A DNA stretch of 64,000 bases from positions 62,001 through 126,000 of the forward strand of contig JYFJ02000159.1 of assembly GCA_000934665.2 (NCBI GenBank). Direction: 5' to 3'. The notes under the pieces are model-generated. The model searched no databases. It was given only the letters and a program-made list of their open reading frames with translations, and was not told the DNA's origin. Position 1 is the first letter of the stretch. Every line of letters starts with the position of its first letter. Positions 1 to 14,300 of this stretch are shown here, in pieces. Made by a program: the position numbers and the translations under genes. This DNA is from Catajapyx aquilonaris (Eukaryota).

Positions 1-396
1 TTGTACAATTTTAGTTGCATTTTTCTGTATTTACTGACACATGTTAATTTCTTCAGGAACTTTCGTCTGACGTCCCAGATTCCACTCTGTCCAGTGTATA
101 ACTTCGAAAACAGCCTATTTACAATACTGCAGGCATTTTGCAGTACATTGTGTAATTCTTGCATAAAAAAACAATCTCCCAAGTAGCCAAGGAGAATCTA
201 TAACAACTTCATTACTGGCTTCAAAACTCAACATATGTCAATTACAGGTAAATTACTTTGCAACCCAATGTTATTCTCATTAACCTCTTCGTGTATGTTA
301 GAAAATTAGACAGCAAACAGGAAGAGGCACTCTAATAATGAAGATGAAGGTTCACACCTACAAAACTGTGCACTAACCCAATCCTAAGTATGCAGA

Positions 397-465
397 CAGA
401 GCCGGCCTTAGGGGTGGGCAGTCCGGGCGACCGCCCGGAGCCCCGCGCTTCTGGGGGGCCCCGCG

Positions 466-502
<37 letters not shown>

Positions 503-828
503 CATAAAATAAGTCAAGAGTTAATGACATTTTGAACGAGTATTTCATCAATACACACCCATTCAAATCTACTACATTCAACTAAGCTCGTATGACCTTG
601 AACTTCAAAAAATTTCGCCTGCGGCGGGCTTGCTCCCCTCCCTCTACTGCTTATGGGCCCGCACCCTAAAATTTTCTGTCTACGCCCCTCAGTTGTACGT
701 TATCATAGAAAGTCAGCCAACAAAATTGTTGGATACGCAATTCGTGTTGTACAGAAATTCACTCACTGAGAATAGGCCCCGCATTTAGTTCTTGCCCTAG
801 GCCCCGCACCCACCTAGGGCCGGCCCTG
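397..828. mobile_element. Non-autonomous hAT-type MITE (432 bp) containing a (GA)n tract
   Basis: Ends CAGAGCCGGCC / GGCCGGCCCTG are imperfect inverted repeats. The 8-bp target duplication TATGCAGA lies at 389-396 and 829-836; an 8-bp TSD is typical of hAT elements. Confidence 0.85.
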
Positions 829-903
829 TATGCAGATATGCAGATATCATAAGTGGAGTCTACTAATTGCTTTAGTCAAAACTGTGAAATCTTCACCAAA
901 ATA

Positions 904-1625
904 CAGGGTGTTTCACTAGGTAGTCCCCCCAAAGAATCGACTATTTTTTCTTCCTGCTCCACCTAGGAACATGGCGTTTGGTTTAAAAATTACCTTAGTT
1001 CATGAGAATGTAGCACCATTCACAATACATGCTGTACTTGACTTTCAACGACCTTCATACTCACTTGAACGCTTCTCGATGCGAATCTCCTTATTATCGA
1101 AGGCCCTCCACAGCAGCATATCGACATTAATAGTCAGGATTGCTGCACCAAGTGTTTTGGACCAATACAGTGGTAGATGACCACCTTAACAGGAAGATTT
1201 TTTTTAAAAGCTAATGACAGGTTGGTGGAATGACCAAAAAAGTCACTACGATTTTGTCACATAATACTGGGTACTCCACTTGTCAAAAGAGCCGCGAATG
1301 GGCATATTTGAAGAATTGTGCCTACAACAATGAGCCCCTACGTTAGAAGACTTGGAAAGCAACGTCAATGTTGCAATCTGGACCACACATATGAGGATAT
1401 GCTGAGGGGGACCTGTGATAATAATAAGTAGATTCGCATCGAGTTGCGTTAGAGTGTGTGTGTGGAGGTCATCGAAGGTCAATTACAGGCTTACAGCTTT
1501 TATTGTGAATGGTGCTACATTCCCATGAACTAAGGTAACATTTAAAGCGAACATCACATTTTTAGGTGGGGTGGTAAGAAAAATATAGGCGATTCTTTGG
1601 GGGGACTACCTAGTGACACACCCTG
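904..1625. mobile_element. Tc1/mariner-type MITE with long (~120 bp) inverted arms
   Basis: TA|CAGGGTGTTTCACTAGGTAGTCCCCCCAAAGAATCG ... CGATTCTTTGGGGGGACTACCTAGTGACACACCCTG|TA. Inverted similarity extends over about 904-1027 vs 1500-1625. TA duplication at both ends. Confidence 0.85.
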
Positions 1626-1781
1626 TACTATCCAAGATCCCTTCCCATGAAATACTAGGAGGGTACAAACAGTTCTTGTTCAACAGCCCTTAATAAATTG
1701 CATTCATTTCTGCTTAAATAAATCAGTTTCAGGACTAACTGGTAAGTAGAGCTACACTTGTGCATATTTATTGAAATTTTT

Positions 1782-1936
1782 AGAACACCTTTCGTTGCTG
1801 GATATAATGGTAGTCTGAGCCCTTCCTTATAGAGTTATGTGATTTAAAAATTCCAAAATTCTCGAACTCGAATCTTCTATAACTCGGAAGTTTTTTTCCG
1901 GTCCCATGGGGATTCAACTTATAGAAGTTTTACTGC
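1782..1936. mobile_element. Truncated copy of the pogo/Tigger-like MITE family also found at 30324-30864
   Basis: Its reverse complement matches 30324-30470 (e.g. GAAGATTCGAGTT, CTCTATAAGGAAG, ACGAAAGGTGTTC). It ends in a TTTTACTG terminal motif. Confidence 0.65.
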
Positions 1937-2206
1937 ATTTAAGTGAAACTAAATACACACCATGTATTAAAATTGTTGAAAAGGGACGTTACTGTAAGAG
2001 TAATGATTTTCTCTTTTCTTCAGAGTTCCTTATGCAGTGATATACATTAGACACATTTTAATTACAGTGAAAATGTATAGTATAAATTCCACTTGCATTC
2101 ACAGAGAAGTATCAACATGGTATAACCATTACATGGCAGAGACAAGAGATTATATCTAATAAAGACACTTCAGGAAAAATAAAGAGTTGATACAATGTCA
2201 GTCAAA

Positions 2207-5200
2207 TCATTCCCGCCTCCTCTCTTTTACAGTGATCCAAACCTCTTCTTCTGGCTTTGTCACAATTCCTAATTTTGGAACCACCGTCTGACCCTCAACC
2301 AGGTTCAGAATCAGCTTCCTCATGACTACGACCAGAAAAATAGTGGCTTCCATGTATGAAAATCTAATTAAAGAAATGGTCATTAATTTAAATGCTTGTC
2401 ATCAAAAACGACAAGAAACATGGTAATAATTGCGTGATATTAACCTGTATCCAGGGCATCTGCGCTTCCCAGAAAATCCAAATGGTTGGAATGCTACATA
2501 TGGCATTGCCTTTCTGGCCTCATCAGTAAATCTGTCAGGATCGAATTTCTTTGGGTCAGGCCAATAGTGCTCATCCATGAAGGCCACGCCAAGAGCTTGT
2601 ACAATCGGAGTCTGCTTTGGTATTACATGACCACCAATCACGATGTCATGTTCAGACATTCGAGATGCATATGGTGCCACCAAACCACATCGAAGAGTCT
2701 CATCCAGCACTTGCCTCATGTACCTAAATAAAATATTCAGTGAGGGGCTAAATCAGCAACAGTTCAACAATTTTGTTAAAACAGGAAATTTACATTTTTA
2801 ACAATATGAGTACCCCGTATCATGTATTATTGCTTCAATATTATCACAGACATTCTCTCACTCACTCTCACACTCCTGCTCTCCCTCCCTCTCTCTTTCT
2901 CTCATAAGAAATGCATGTGAAAACATGCACAATAATCGTAGCTGATAGCATCTTAAATAATTGCCATGTGTTGCCTGTTGTTTACATCACATTAAATAAG
3001 ACCCAGCATGTTCTCAAATTAACACACCATGCTATAATCCATTGTGACAATAATTAAATGAAAATCTAAACACCGATTATTATAGCTAACAGCTCTTCAT
3101 TACATGCACATACTTGAGTTCGCTCATCCTGGAAAAGTCAAAGGGTTCATCTCCAAATACAGACTTGATCTCATCGTAAACTTTATCCTGAACATCAGGA
3201 TTGGATGCCAAGTAGTACACAATCCAAGTCAGGACTGAAAATGAGAAAGTGTGTACCATCAGTGTATCTCATTTCCCAGACTTCAGCATAAAACCTACAA
3301 TTTCCAGACGTGTGAAATCCCCCAATCATGTATGTGATTGCATCAGACACAATAACCTTTTCATCATCTTGGGTGTCTAGAAGAGCATCAATGAATGAGG
3401 TGCTGTCTGCGGAAGTAAGCCCCCGCTTCCGCTGCTGATGGATGATTGTACGAATAGTGGAGTCCAGGCGACGGATGCTGTCCTGAAAACTCTTCTCTCT
3501 AGGGTCTTCATCCTCTATGGTAGGGCCTCCCAAACGAGACTCGAGCTCACTCATGCACTGCACACAGAGGAAGAGGTGTCATGAGGTAAAGAATTCTTTT
3601 ACAAGTACAAGTAAGGACGAGTAAGCTTAGATGGCTGAAGCGTGGGTCCAAACCTGGTGCAGACATTGATATTGTGACGCAGCATTAAATTTTCATATTA
3701 ACTGGTACAAATATAAATGTCAAAATTCACGCTTCAGTGCAGAAGAAAAATGTGTCTGTAAGACTTTCGGGCTACAGATTATGTCAGGCAGCATTACATA
3801 CTGTCTCACATAGATTCCAATGTGAAACACATGAAAGCTGTGAATATTGATATATTGTTGACATTCAAATGAATATGCTCAGTGGTCTCACCAACTCGTA
3901 CTCTTGCAGAAAGGAGAGGATCTTTTTGTCGTCCTTGAAATAATCCCCAAAGTTGGTGCAGACAAGGCACTTGACTCCAAAAGCCATCATGTACTGGTGA
4001 AGTGGGATGTGCTGCCCTGATGGCAAATTGGCCCATTTGTGGGACAGGCCCTGACTCAAGGATACCATCTCCTCGCTGTATTTGCGACATGCCTCGTGGG
4101 AGAAGCTGCCATCATATAGCTTCCTCCTATGACGTGCCTCCATACCATTCTGAAACTGTAGGCTTGACTTGCCAATTACAGGAGTCAAGAACTCAAACAA
4201 GAGGCCTGCAAATAGATCATTATATGCAATATTATATGCAAGAACGACAACTCTGTATGTTAGCTTCCTCTTATCACCATATGTTATCCCATTAGATTGT
4301 CTAGTGGGTGGAAATAAGGCTTACTAGTAGTCAAGAGTTTATAAATGAATAATGATAAAGCATGTGCAGCACCTGGGCGGTCATATGTATTCATAGTCTC
4401 TTTCAAGTAGTCAGGTGAGGCGATGGAGACAACAAGTTGAGACCCCATCCAAAATGATGCAATTGGTCCATATTCTTCATGCACTTTGAAGAGGTACTCA
4501 GCAAATCCCCCAGCATGATATATATCTGGAAGATTTCCCTCCCTGCAACATAAATGAAAAAAATATTACAAACTTCAATTACAAATCACATTCTGGTTTG
4601 AATAAATAAATATACTTGGGATCTGATGGGTCTGGTCCTGGTATTGTCGTTGGTCTTGATCTGGATCCCTGAGGGAGAAAAGTAACAAACCTTTGAAGAT
4701 CTCAATCATTACCAAAATATAATAAGTTTTGCCCCATTGCAAAACCCCACAGCTACCCATCTCTTTCCCCCACCAGCCTGGCATTTACGTTCACCCAATG
4801 AAACTTGGAACTACAGTGGAACTTGTATAACTTGAACCTCCAAGTCAAAGGTTGCAGTGGCAGAAAATTATGACATAACACTGTAATCGGTGTAATGCAA
4901 AAGGAATTTAATTTCCACGAGTTAGATTTCTCCATAACTGAAACGAGGACAATCATAAATTATGGATTTTGAAAGTTACCAGATGTTGAAGTTTGTACTT
5001 GAATAATATAATTATTACGTGATAATTTTGCCTGTGTAGAATCATTTTCACAGAGCTAACAGTGTCACTAGAGGTCTATAAAAGAGAGACATGATGTAAC
5101 ATTACATTGGAGATAAAGGTAAATGTACTGGCACAATTTTGTGCTGTAATATTTTTCAAACTTCTCTAAATCAATTTCTTTTTTTCCCCCCCTTTCTCTC

Positions 5201-5353
5201 TCTAGTCCCTTGGAGATTCATGTTGCAGTAGTTCCACTGTATGCCACTGACAACCTGCAAATATGAATAATTATTGCTCACCGGATAGAGGTAGAAGGCA
5301 AGGAACAAGACTCCAAAGACAAAAGTAACAGCAAAAATGGCAAAGGAGATCAT
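2207..5353 (-). CDS. CYP20A1: Cytochrome P450, CYP20A1-like (multi-exon)
   Basis: N-terminus MISFAIFAVTFVFGVLFLAFYLYP followed by ..EGNLPDI..HEEYGPIASFWMG resembles vertebrate CYP20A1 (MLDFAIFAVTF...LYLYP). I-helix IGGFHTSG, K-helix ETLR, FDPDRF and heme motif FGFSGKRRCPG are present. Last exon ends VWITVKERRRE* at 2207. GT-AG introns. Confidence 0.88.
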
Positions 5354-5921
5354 GGCTGCTGGTCGGCTGAGAACGTTTACATGAACTGCCTTCTCTAGCC
5401 AGCCTTCATGAGGAGCATATTCTTCAACCTTGACCTTTGATCCAACGCAATCTTGTCAGGTCCTTCACACCTAAAGTGTTTGAAACATGATATAAATCAT
5501 CAGATATTCCCATGTGTGCAAACGCACTTACAACATATGGTGCAACCATATAAAAACAGCACATGAGGGCAATGAGCAGATCATGCCTGCAGCACAGTAC
5601 TGGACATTGGATTTTTGTACAGCGCAATTAATGTACTGTCACATACCTGGTCACATACTCACACATTCCACGATACTATCAGCAGCAAGAAGTTTAGTAC
5701 TATTTTGTACTTCGCACCACGAAAGCCGCGCCATCACCGGTGCGCAGAACAACTAATTCAGCTATTTAGCACCAGCGTATAATTACAATTACATGCAGCA
5801 TTCATTTTTATAGATATAGTTAGGATTTTAGGCTCAATATGTGAGCTAATTAAGTGAAACGAGGTGTGAGGTGATTGATCTGGCAACGAGTTGGAGCCAC
5901 GTCTGTCTGTCAGGCTGGAAA

Positions 5922-8900
5922 ATGGTGAGGTGTTACCTCGGCTGATTCCGTCTGCGTCTGTCCACCGGTTGTTGGCACACTCTCGTCGTCGTCGTCCGTC
6001 GTCTCCATCCAGTCAGGGACCATGGTCAGTTGGGTGGGACTGGCATGTCCAGCACGGGCATGGCTTCGTTTCAATACATGCACACAGCTCCATGGAACAC
6101 AGCAAGTACTGTGTGTTCCTAATATTGTTCCCCCAAATTCCAGCCGCTGCGACTGGACATCAAACGGAAGCTGACTGCCCGTTCTGATCGGGTGAAATGT
6201 GCGGATTTGCATCCCACTGAGCCGTGGATGCTTGCGTCGCTCTACAATGGGAATGTGCACGTGTGGAACCATGAGAGTCAGCAGCTGGTCAAGTCGTTTG
6301 AGGTAGGCGCAGGACTTCAATGGGGGAGAAGATATTGTTTGGATGGTGGCTTGATGGAGCTTTTGTTTGCAGGTGTGCGACCTCCCTGTGCGGGCTGCCA
6401 AGTTTGTGCCTCGCAAGAACTGGATTATCACAGGATCTGATGATATGCAGATACGAGTGTTCAACTACAACACGCTTGAGAGGGTCAATGCGTTTGAAGC
6501 TCACTCGGACTACTTGAGGTGCATTGCAGTACATCCAACGCAGCCGTTCATTCTCACCAGCAGCGGTAATGATACGTATAAACATAATTATCATGATTTT
6601 CTTTGTAACTCTATACACCAGACAGTCAAGTAATAATTTAACAAATGGAAGAAAAAAAAAACAGACTTCCCGCACCTTGAATGTCCTTGCTGCAAATGTT
6701 GTTAAACTTGCATCATCTAGTTCCAGCAATTTACAATCTTCTTGCAAATTCCAGATGACATGCTGATAAAGCTGTGGAATTGGGAGAAGCAATGGGCATG
6801 CCAGCAGGTGTTCGAGGGTCATACGCACTATGTGATGCAGATTGTCATCAATCCGAAGGACAACAACACTTTTGCCAGTGCTTCTCTAGATCGCACGGTG
6901 AAGGTGTGGCAGTTGGGTTCGTCCAACCCCAATTTCACCTTGGAAGGGCATGAGAAGGGAGTCAACTGTGTTGATTACTACCATGGAGGAGATAAGCCTT
7001 ACCTCATCTCAGGGGCAGATGACAGGCTTGTGAAGATTTGGGACTACCAGAACAAGACATGTGTACAGACTCTTGAGGGACATGCACAGAACATAAGTGC
7101 AGGTTTGTGTCATTGCGCACTGCATTACTTTCATGAACTGTTTGATGGGAGGCACCCTGTCATATTGTAACCATTGGTTCATTGGCATGGATTTTTGGTG
7201 AAATTTAATACTGTCAGACATTCTATTTAATTAAATACTGGTAAGCAATTTTATGATCATGGTTGTCGAATGTTAGTTAATTCACTTTTTCTGTTAGCCA
7301 GAATGAAAACTCAAAATATTCTTATTGGTCAACACCCTAACGTGTCTTTCTCATTGCATCCTCAGTATGCTTTCATCCTGAGCTGCCCATAATCCTAACT
7401 GGCTCTGAGGATGGTACTGTCCGCATTTGGCACTCCAGCACCTATCGTCTTGAATCCACTCTTCACTACGGCCTGGAGCGTGTGTGGACCATCTCCTCCC
7501 TTCGAGGTTCCAACAATGTAGCCTTGGGCTATGATGAAGGAAGCATAATGGTTAAGGTGGGAAGAGAGGAGCCAGCCATGTCCATGGATGCCAGTGGGAA
7601 GATTGTGTGGGCCCGTCATTCCGAAGTGCAGCAGGCTAACTTGAAGGCCCTCCCAGACACATCAGAGGCTGTTAAGGATGGAGAGCGGATTCCTCTAGCT
7701 GTGAAGGAGATGGGCAGCTGTGAAATATATCCGCAGACCATCGCTCACAACCCGAATGGGCGCTTTGTGGTGGTGTGTGGGGATGGGGAGTACATAATCT
7801 ACACAGCCATGGCACTGAGGAACAAGGCCTTTGGGGCTGCCCAGGAGTTTGTGTGGGCACAAGATGCCTCGGAATATGCCACAAGAGAGACTACCTCTAC
7901 TGTCAAGATCTTCAAGAACTTCAAGGAGAAGAAGACATTCAAGCCAGAGTTTGGCGCTGAAGGTCAGAATATGGCATTTAATTAACTGTTGATTAAGACA
8001 AAGATTTGTGACAAAAAAGTGTAATTGCAATATTATGAATTTGTTCAGAGCAAAGATCTATTAGTTTCAACTGATGAAATTGCTCTGTTGATTTCTTCAG
8101 TGGTGCGGAAGTAAAGAGTAATTGTGATTTTTAACTTAGAATAAAATTGTGTTTTATTGTAACTGGTATTAATTATTTCGATTTTTAAACAGGAATATAC
8201 GGTGGTTTTCTTCTGGGAGTTCGTTCTGTGTCTGGCCTTGCATTTTATGACTGGGAGACCCTCTACCTGGTTCGCCGTGTGGAAATCCAACCGAAGCATG
8301 TGCTGTGGTCTGAAAATGGAGAGTTGGTTTGCATCGCCACAGAAGACAGCTACTTTGTGCTCAAATACAATTCAGAAGGGGTTGCCAGAGCTCAGGAGAC
8401 CAAGGAAGGAGTCACTGAGGATGGTGTTGAAGATGCTTTTGAAGTGAGGACTGTTGGAAATTACCTTTTAGGTAGGGTGATTATGAGTAGGTTGAGCAAA
8501 TGATTTGTTTGCTTCTAGGTGCTTGGAGAGGTGCAGGAGACAGTCAAGACTGGTGTGTGGGTTGGGGACTGTTTCATCTACACCAATGGTGTCAACAGGC
8601 TCAACTACTATGTAGGAGGGGAGATTGTCACCATCTCGCACCTGGATAGGTGAGTTTGTATTGTGGTTTTGAGCACCAGTATGGCTAATTTGCTATCAGT
8701 GGAAAGTAACATCGAGCTGTGGGATATTAGCACCAATGTGATGACATCTATATCTTCTCTGATTTAACAGGACTATGTACCTTCTTGGTTACATTCCAAA
8801 GGACAACCGACTATACCTGGGTGACAAAGAGCTGAATGTGGTATCATTTTCACTGCTTCTGTCTGTCCTTGAGTACCAGACTGCAGTTATGCGACGTGAT

Positions 8901-11008
8901 TTTGAAACAGCAGACAAGGTCCTGCCCACCATACCACGAGAGCAGAGGACTCGTGTGGCACACTTTTTAGAGAAGCAAGGATTTCGCCAGCAGGCTCTGG
9001 CTGTCTCCACTGATCCAGACCATCGATTTGAGCTGTCTCTGCAGCTTGGGGAACTAAAGACAGCCTACCAGTTGGCGCAAGAGTCACAAAGTGAGCAGAA
9101 GTGGAAGCAGCTGGCTGAGCTTGCCACCTCCAAATGCCAGTTTGAACTTGCGCAAGAATGTCTTCACCATGCACAGGACTTTGGTGGACTGTTACTGCTT
9201 GCCACATCCTCAGGTAAGATGGCTGTTTCTGTAACTGTTGCATGCAGTGCTAGGAGCAAATGCTAATCTATTTTATCTTATTAAACAGGCAACACGTCAA
9301 TGGTGTCACGCCTAGGGGAAACAGCCGAAGCTTCTGGCCAGAACAATGTGGCCTTCCTGTCCTACTTCATGCTGGGTGAACTGGAGAAGTGCTTGGAAGT
9401 GCTTGTCTCAACTAACAGACTCCCAGAGGCTGCATTTTTTGCCAGGTATTTTTCATCCTTTATATTCAATTTGAGCTTGACACCTTTCCAACTAGTTTTT
9501 GAATGAACTACTGCCTTTTCCTGTAGGACATATCTGCCTAGCCAAATGTCTCGTGTTGTGAAACTTTGGCGCGAATCCCTAAGCAAGGTGAGCGAGAAAG
9601 CAGGGCACAGCTTGGCCGATCCCAGCGAGTATGAGAATCTTTTTCCCAATCTGGCTGATGCCCTGAAGACAGAGCAATTTCTTCAAGCGGAAAGGAAGGC
9701 AAAGCTGCCCGCATTTGCGTACACAGAGCTTCCGGTAAGGAATCTCATCATTTTTTTGAAATGTTATAAATTCTTTTATTTTATTTTTTATTTTATTTTT
9801 ATTTTTGAAACTCACTTCACTGAGCTACAGTGTGTCACTTATCAATTTTTAAGAGATACAGTATGTTCCACTATTGCTGAAATGGTTCACTTATTATTAC
9901 TTTCTGCACTTTTCTGCATACATGCTATTCTTCAAGAGCAAGTAAAACACAACTGATTTACATTTCAGCAAAACCACGAGCGCAGTGCTCTAGAGGAGAT
10001 GAGAAATGCTGAGAGCAGTGGACAGTTTGTGTATCACCCTCCTGTTGTCAAAGAAGTAGACACAGAACCAGAAGCATCTTCCAGTACTGGTGAGTGTGGC
10101 AAGATTTCTATTCCATGTAGAACCAGCTGTACTGCCCCTTTGCTGCCATGAATTTGAGAGAGTGCACCATGTTGTCATTGCCAGGCCCAAATTGAGGCAT
10201 ATCTACGAGTAATAATTGTTGCATGCATGCACAGCTTTTTGCCTTTCAGAAGTGACACTTGGGAAGACATGCCAACAACATTAGTTTTACATGTGCCCCT
10301 AACGACAATTTACACCACATTGTAATTTTACCAATCTCGGACGTGACCATTTGCATGAAATTTCAAAGTTGTCGCATGGTAGCTTGTACATAGTTGCTTG
10401 CTAGTACTATTGTCAATTACAAAAGTTGTCATGTTATTATGACCTGATCAGGACTTTTTTAATAGGTTTGGTAATGATTTTAGTAGAACGTTTTTACTGC
10501 AGCAAAATATGGATTGTGATGAATTATATTGTAATATTTTCAGAACGACCAGTTGTTGTGAAATCAGAGGTGTCCAAGAACAGCACACCTGTGTTGATGC
10601 CTACCCCTATTCCGTCGTTTACCCCTCTCCTGCCTACCCCTGCATCTGCCCCTGTGTCTGCCCCACCCCCAACTGCCCCACCTCTGGACACCGCCCAGTT
10701 AGAAAAGGAGCTGGAGCTAGATCTGGATAACCTCAACCTGGATGAAAATATTGACACCAGTGTAAGTAAAGGCAGCAAGCGAAAATAGACTCCTAAAAAT
10801 GGGGGAGAGGAAAAATGGGAGTCAAATTCTGTGGAAGTTGCCCTTTTTTTAAATTTACTGCTTTTTTTCTGACTAATGAGGAGCTAATCTCTGGAAGGTG
10901 GCTTTCAAAATGGGCTGTGAAAAAGCAGGTGTCAACAAGAGAGTTTAAAGTCCATACCTTCATCCACAGGATGTCAACTTGGATGATGATCTGCTGGATG
11001 ATTATTGA
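5922..11008 (+). CDS. COPB2: Coatomer subunit beta' (WD40 repeats plus alpha-solenoid), multi-exon
   Basis: ATG at 5922-5924 is followed directly by a GTGAGG donor. Exon 2 at 6144 reads [18 protein letters not shown]. Later exons give [55 protein letters not shown] and [11 protein letters not shown]. Final exon [12 protein letters not shown] is at 10970-11008. Confidence 0.97.
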
Positions 11009-11348
11009 ATGCACAGCTCATCAATTGTATTGCGGTATTATGGGAGGGTGCATGAAAGCCTTCACTCTAGTTCTTCTATTAAAAATATATGTGTTTAAAA
11101 ACCAAACAAATGGGATAATTATTATTCACATACATTCCTTTATTTTTCACTTTCTTCCACATAAATACACAAGAACAAACATGGATCAGAAGTCTGAATC
11201 TGTGCAGGAAGGAGCAATTTTGCCTTGCAAGGATCATTTTATTCATTTGGCATCAGACAGCTGCCTAATCCGTATTAAACATGGACGGGATTGGAAATAT
11301 TGAGACTTTTATAGAGGGTTGGATGGAGCGCAGGCATTATAGCACAGT

Positions 11349-14300
11349 TCATATCTTGCCATCTGGCCAGTACGGGTGGTAATGATGCACAGAGTGGACT
11401 CCAGACGCAGCCTCAGCGGTATGGCGGCGAGTGCATGCTGGAAATGCTGTACCAAATCCAGGTCCAGCACTGCTTCCTCCTGGTACATAATGTAAGAAAG
11501 TAGGTTAGTAATATATTGGAAGTACGGCTACGAAAATCAAGGTATCTCGTGCTGCATGGCATAGAGAGTACGTACATAGATACACCTTCAGTTCACCCAA
11601 GAGCAATATTTATTGACATAGCTTTGCCCCTTCTGACCGATATTTGTAGTGCATACATCTCTTTATCTGTGAGAGCACAAGATGCCACCAACTGGTACAG
11701 TACTCGGGTTTTCCTGACTTGGAAGTATGGTTTGGTACAACACTTTGTGAGATAAGCTGTTCAGTAAAAGTGTCATGGCAAGCATTTGAATCAATAGTGA
11801 TTAGTTTTGTGCTTGGGAAATGTTTCAACACACATTTTTTATAATCTAATAAATATAAATCGTCAGTTCTAAACTGCACCATGAGACCTTCAAAAGAGGG
11901 CACATAAATATATTCTGGTGAATCTGCCGGTTACTCCAGAAAAAAGTTACATGGAATAGCATTGGCAAATTGCACATTTTGTGCACACCAAGTTTGTAGG
12001 CATTTGGAAGAGAATATTGGCTGTTATATTACTTACATACCATCCATGAAAATATATCACATCACCATAAATGAATCTAGAGAACTACAGGTAGCCCCCC
12101 CCCCTTTATGATGGGGTTAGGCTTCAGAAAACATTGTCGTAAAACAAAGCCTACTTGTGTATAATATCCATAGACCCTGCCACAACGCAATGCAGAAAGA
12201 AAAGGTAGTTCCTATACAGTAATTATGTGTTTCGATTTTGTTCTTTACTAATTTTGTAGGCTACAAATTATTCATTATTTTAGGATAATTTTGAAAATGT
12301 GAAATGACGTAAGTTGAAGCATCATAAAACAGGGCCTACATGTACTACATTGCTCAAAAACATGGGAGACCATTTTGCAAAATCGTCTTTGAGAGATATA
12401 GTACGTTATTTATATATGCATTGTGAGTTCTGTTGCAAACCTACTATCAAATGTGACTTCAAAAAGCTGATAATTTGTAGCAGAAAAGGAACAGCTCAAG
12501 GGGGATCTCCAAGCTTATGAGCTTGTAAAGCTTCTTGAAATTGCTTGAAATAGGATAGATTATTTCTGCTCTTTGTTATTGTAACTGTCTATTTGTGGCT
12601 TTGTTTCAGTATTTGTTAAAACCTTGAACTTGTTGGGCTTAAAATTTGTTTGCTGCCTGATAACAACATTACTCAATAATAGCTCACCTAGTCCAGAACC
12701 AAGCTGATTATAACCATTCACAGATGATAGCTGCATGGGTTGGACTGATGGTACTTGTAATTGTGGCTGCATCTGAGTTGAGAAACCCTGCGTAAGAGAT
12801 GTACTTTTTAGCACAGGCAATACGCGCCTCTACTGCACCTAAAAAAAGTTCCGCACCTGTGATGATATTTGGGAATAGGTGTTGAGGCCCTGAGATGTAG
12901 GCCCTCGTACTCCAGCACTACCTTGGCATGGTCCATATGCCAATTCAGTGTTCTGCATTGTTGGCAGAGACCAGGTGCTGCATCGGATAAATTTTTCAAT
13001 GACATAAGGGTTAGAGAAATGGTTATTTTTAAAAGGTCAGGGGCTTACTTAGCATATGTAGGGGGAGAGAAGTAGGTCCGGCCCCCTAAAGCCAGTGGTC
13101 CTCCAAATGGATCTGTGAAGTACCCTTTTGAAAAGGCAGGTAATGTCCGGCCAGGCCTCTTCATGCGGCGGCGGCGACGCATGTTGCCATTCTCAAACAT
13201 GTCTTCGTATTGAGGATCTGTCAAAAAGCAAGTCCCAAGTCAAATCAGGTTCTGGACTAAACTGTGGAATTATTATTATCATAAGTTAGCGATGCTTATT
13301 ATGTGCCAGAGTAATTTCTAAGATTATGGTAGGGATATCAGACTATCAGAAAAAAATTACTGTAGCCTACTAATATTTTTCTAATATGATATAAAAAGGA
13401 GGTAAACTAATGCTATTTGGTAATTTGATGCTTGCAATAAACAATCCTGTACAGGACAAGAAAAGAGTCATACTTAAGACAGCAGAGCTTTTAGTGAAAT
13501 GATGAAGGTAAAAAAAAAAATAGGAATTTGTCCATGAGCTGCTACTGGTATGAACCATTTGTCGGACAGCAAATTGATGTCAAGTGTGTACTGTAGGGTA
13601 CTGACTGTTTGCCAGGTATTTTACACATCATTTGTGACTGTCATGGCTGCTTGACTTGTGAATAGCTGGAGATAGAGCACATTCTTTCAGGAGTCTGGTA
13701 CTTATGCCAAAGATTTTACTTTTTTTTTTCTCAGGAAATACAAAGGGCGGGGAATTGATGAAGACCTCATTGCGCTGTATCCAGGAAGCATTCTCTGTCT
13801 GGAAATGTGGCAGGAATGTGCTAAATTTCTTTATTGTCTGTTGTTGACAAAGGTGAAATGTTTAAAATTATTCAGCTACTTATCAGCCAAAAAATAATAA
13901 TTTCTGTGTATAGTGGTGCCACCTCAGTTTACACCTCCAACAAAATTGTGTAGCAAAACTCGAAGCATTACTGGCTGCATTATTATGTACACTCCTCTTG
14001 CGAGTCTCGTTGAGCATTTAATTCCTGACATACCATCATACCAGTGACCATCACAACATTGAACCTGTCTGAGAGTTACACATTTCGAAATGCCTTTGAG
14101 GTCATTGTATATGGCAGCTCGATATCAAGTGTAATGAATTAGTAATAAAACAGGAACCTTGGACACAATATTAGCGAACTAAATCAATCAGGTGACACAT
14201 TGCACATGTATGACATACCAACTGTCCAGTAATTTCCCTTCCTCTCTCCGCCTCCTTCGCGGGGAACTTTGACGAAGCATTCGTTCAGGCTGAGGTTGTG

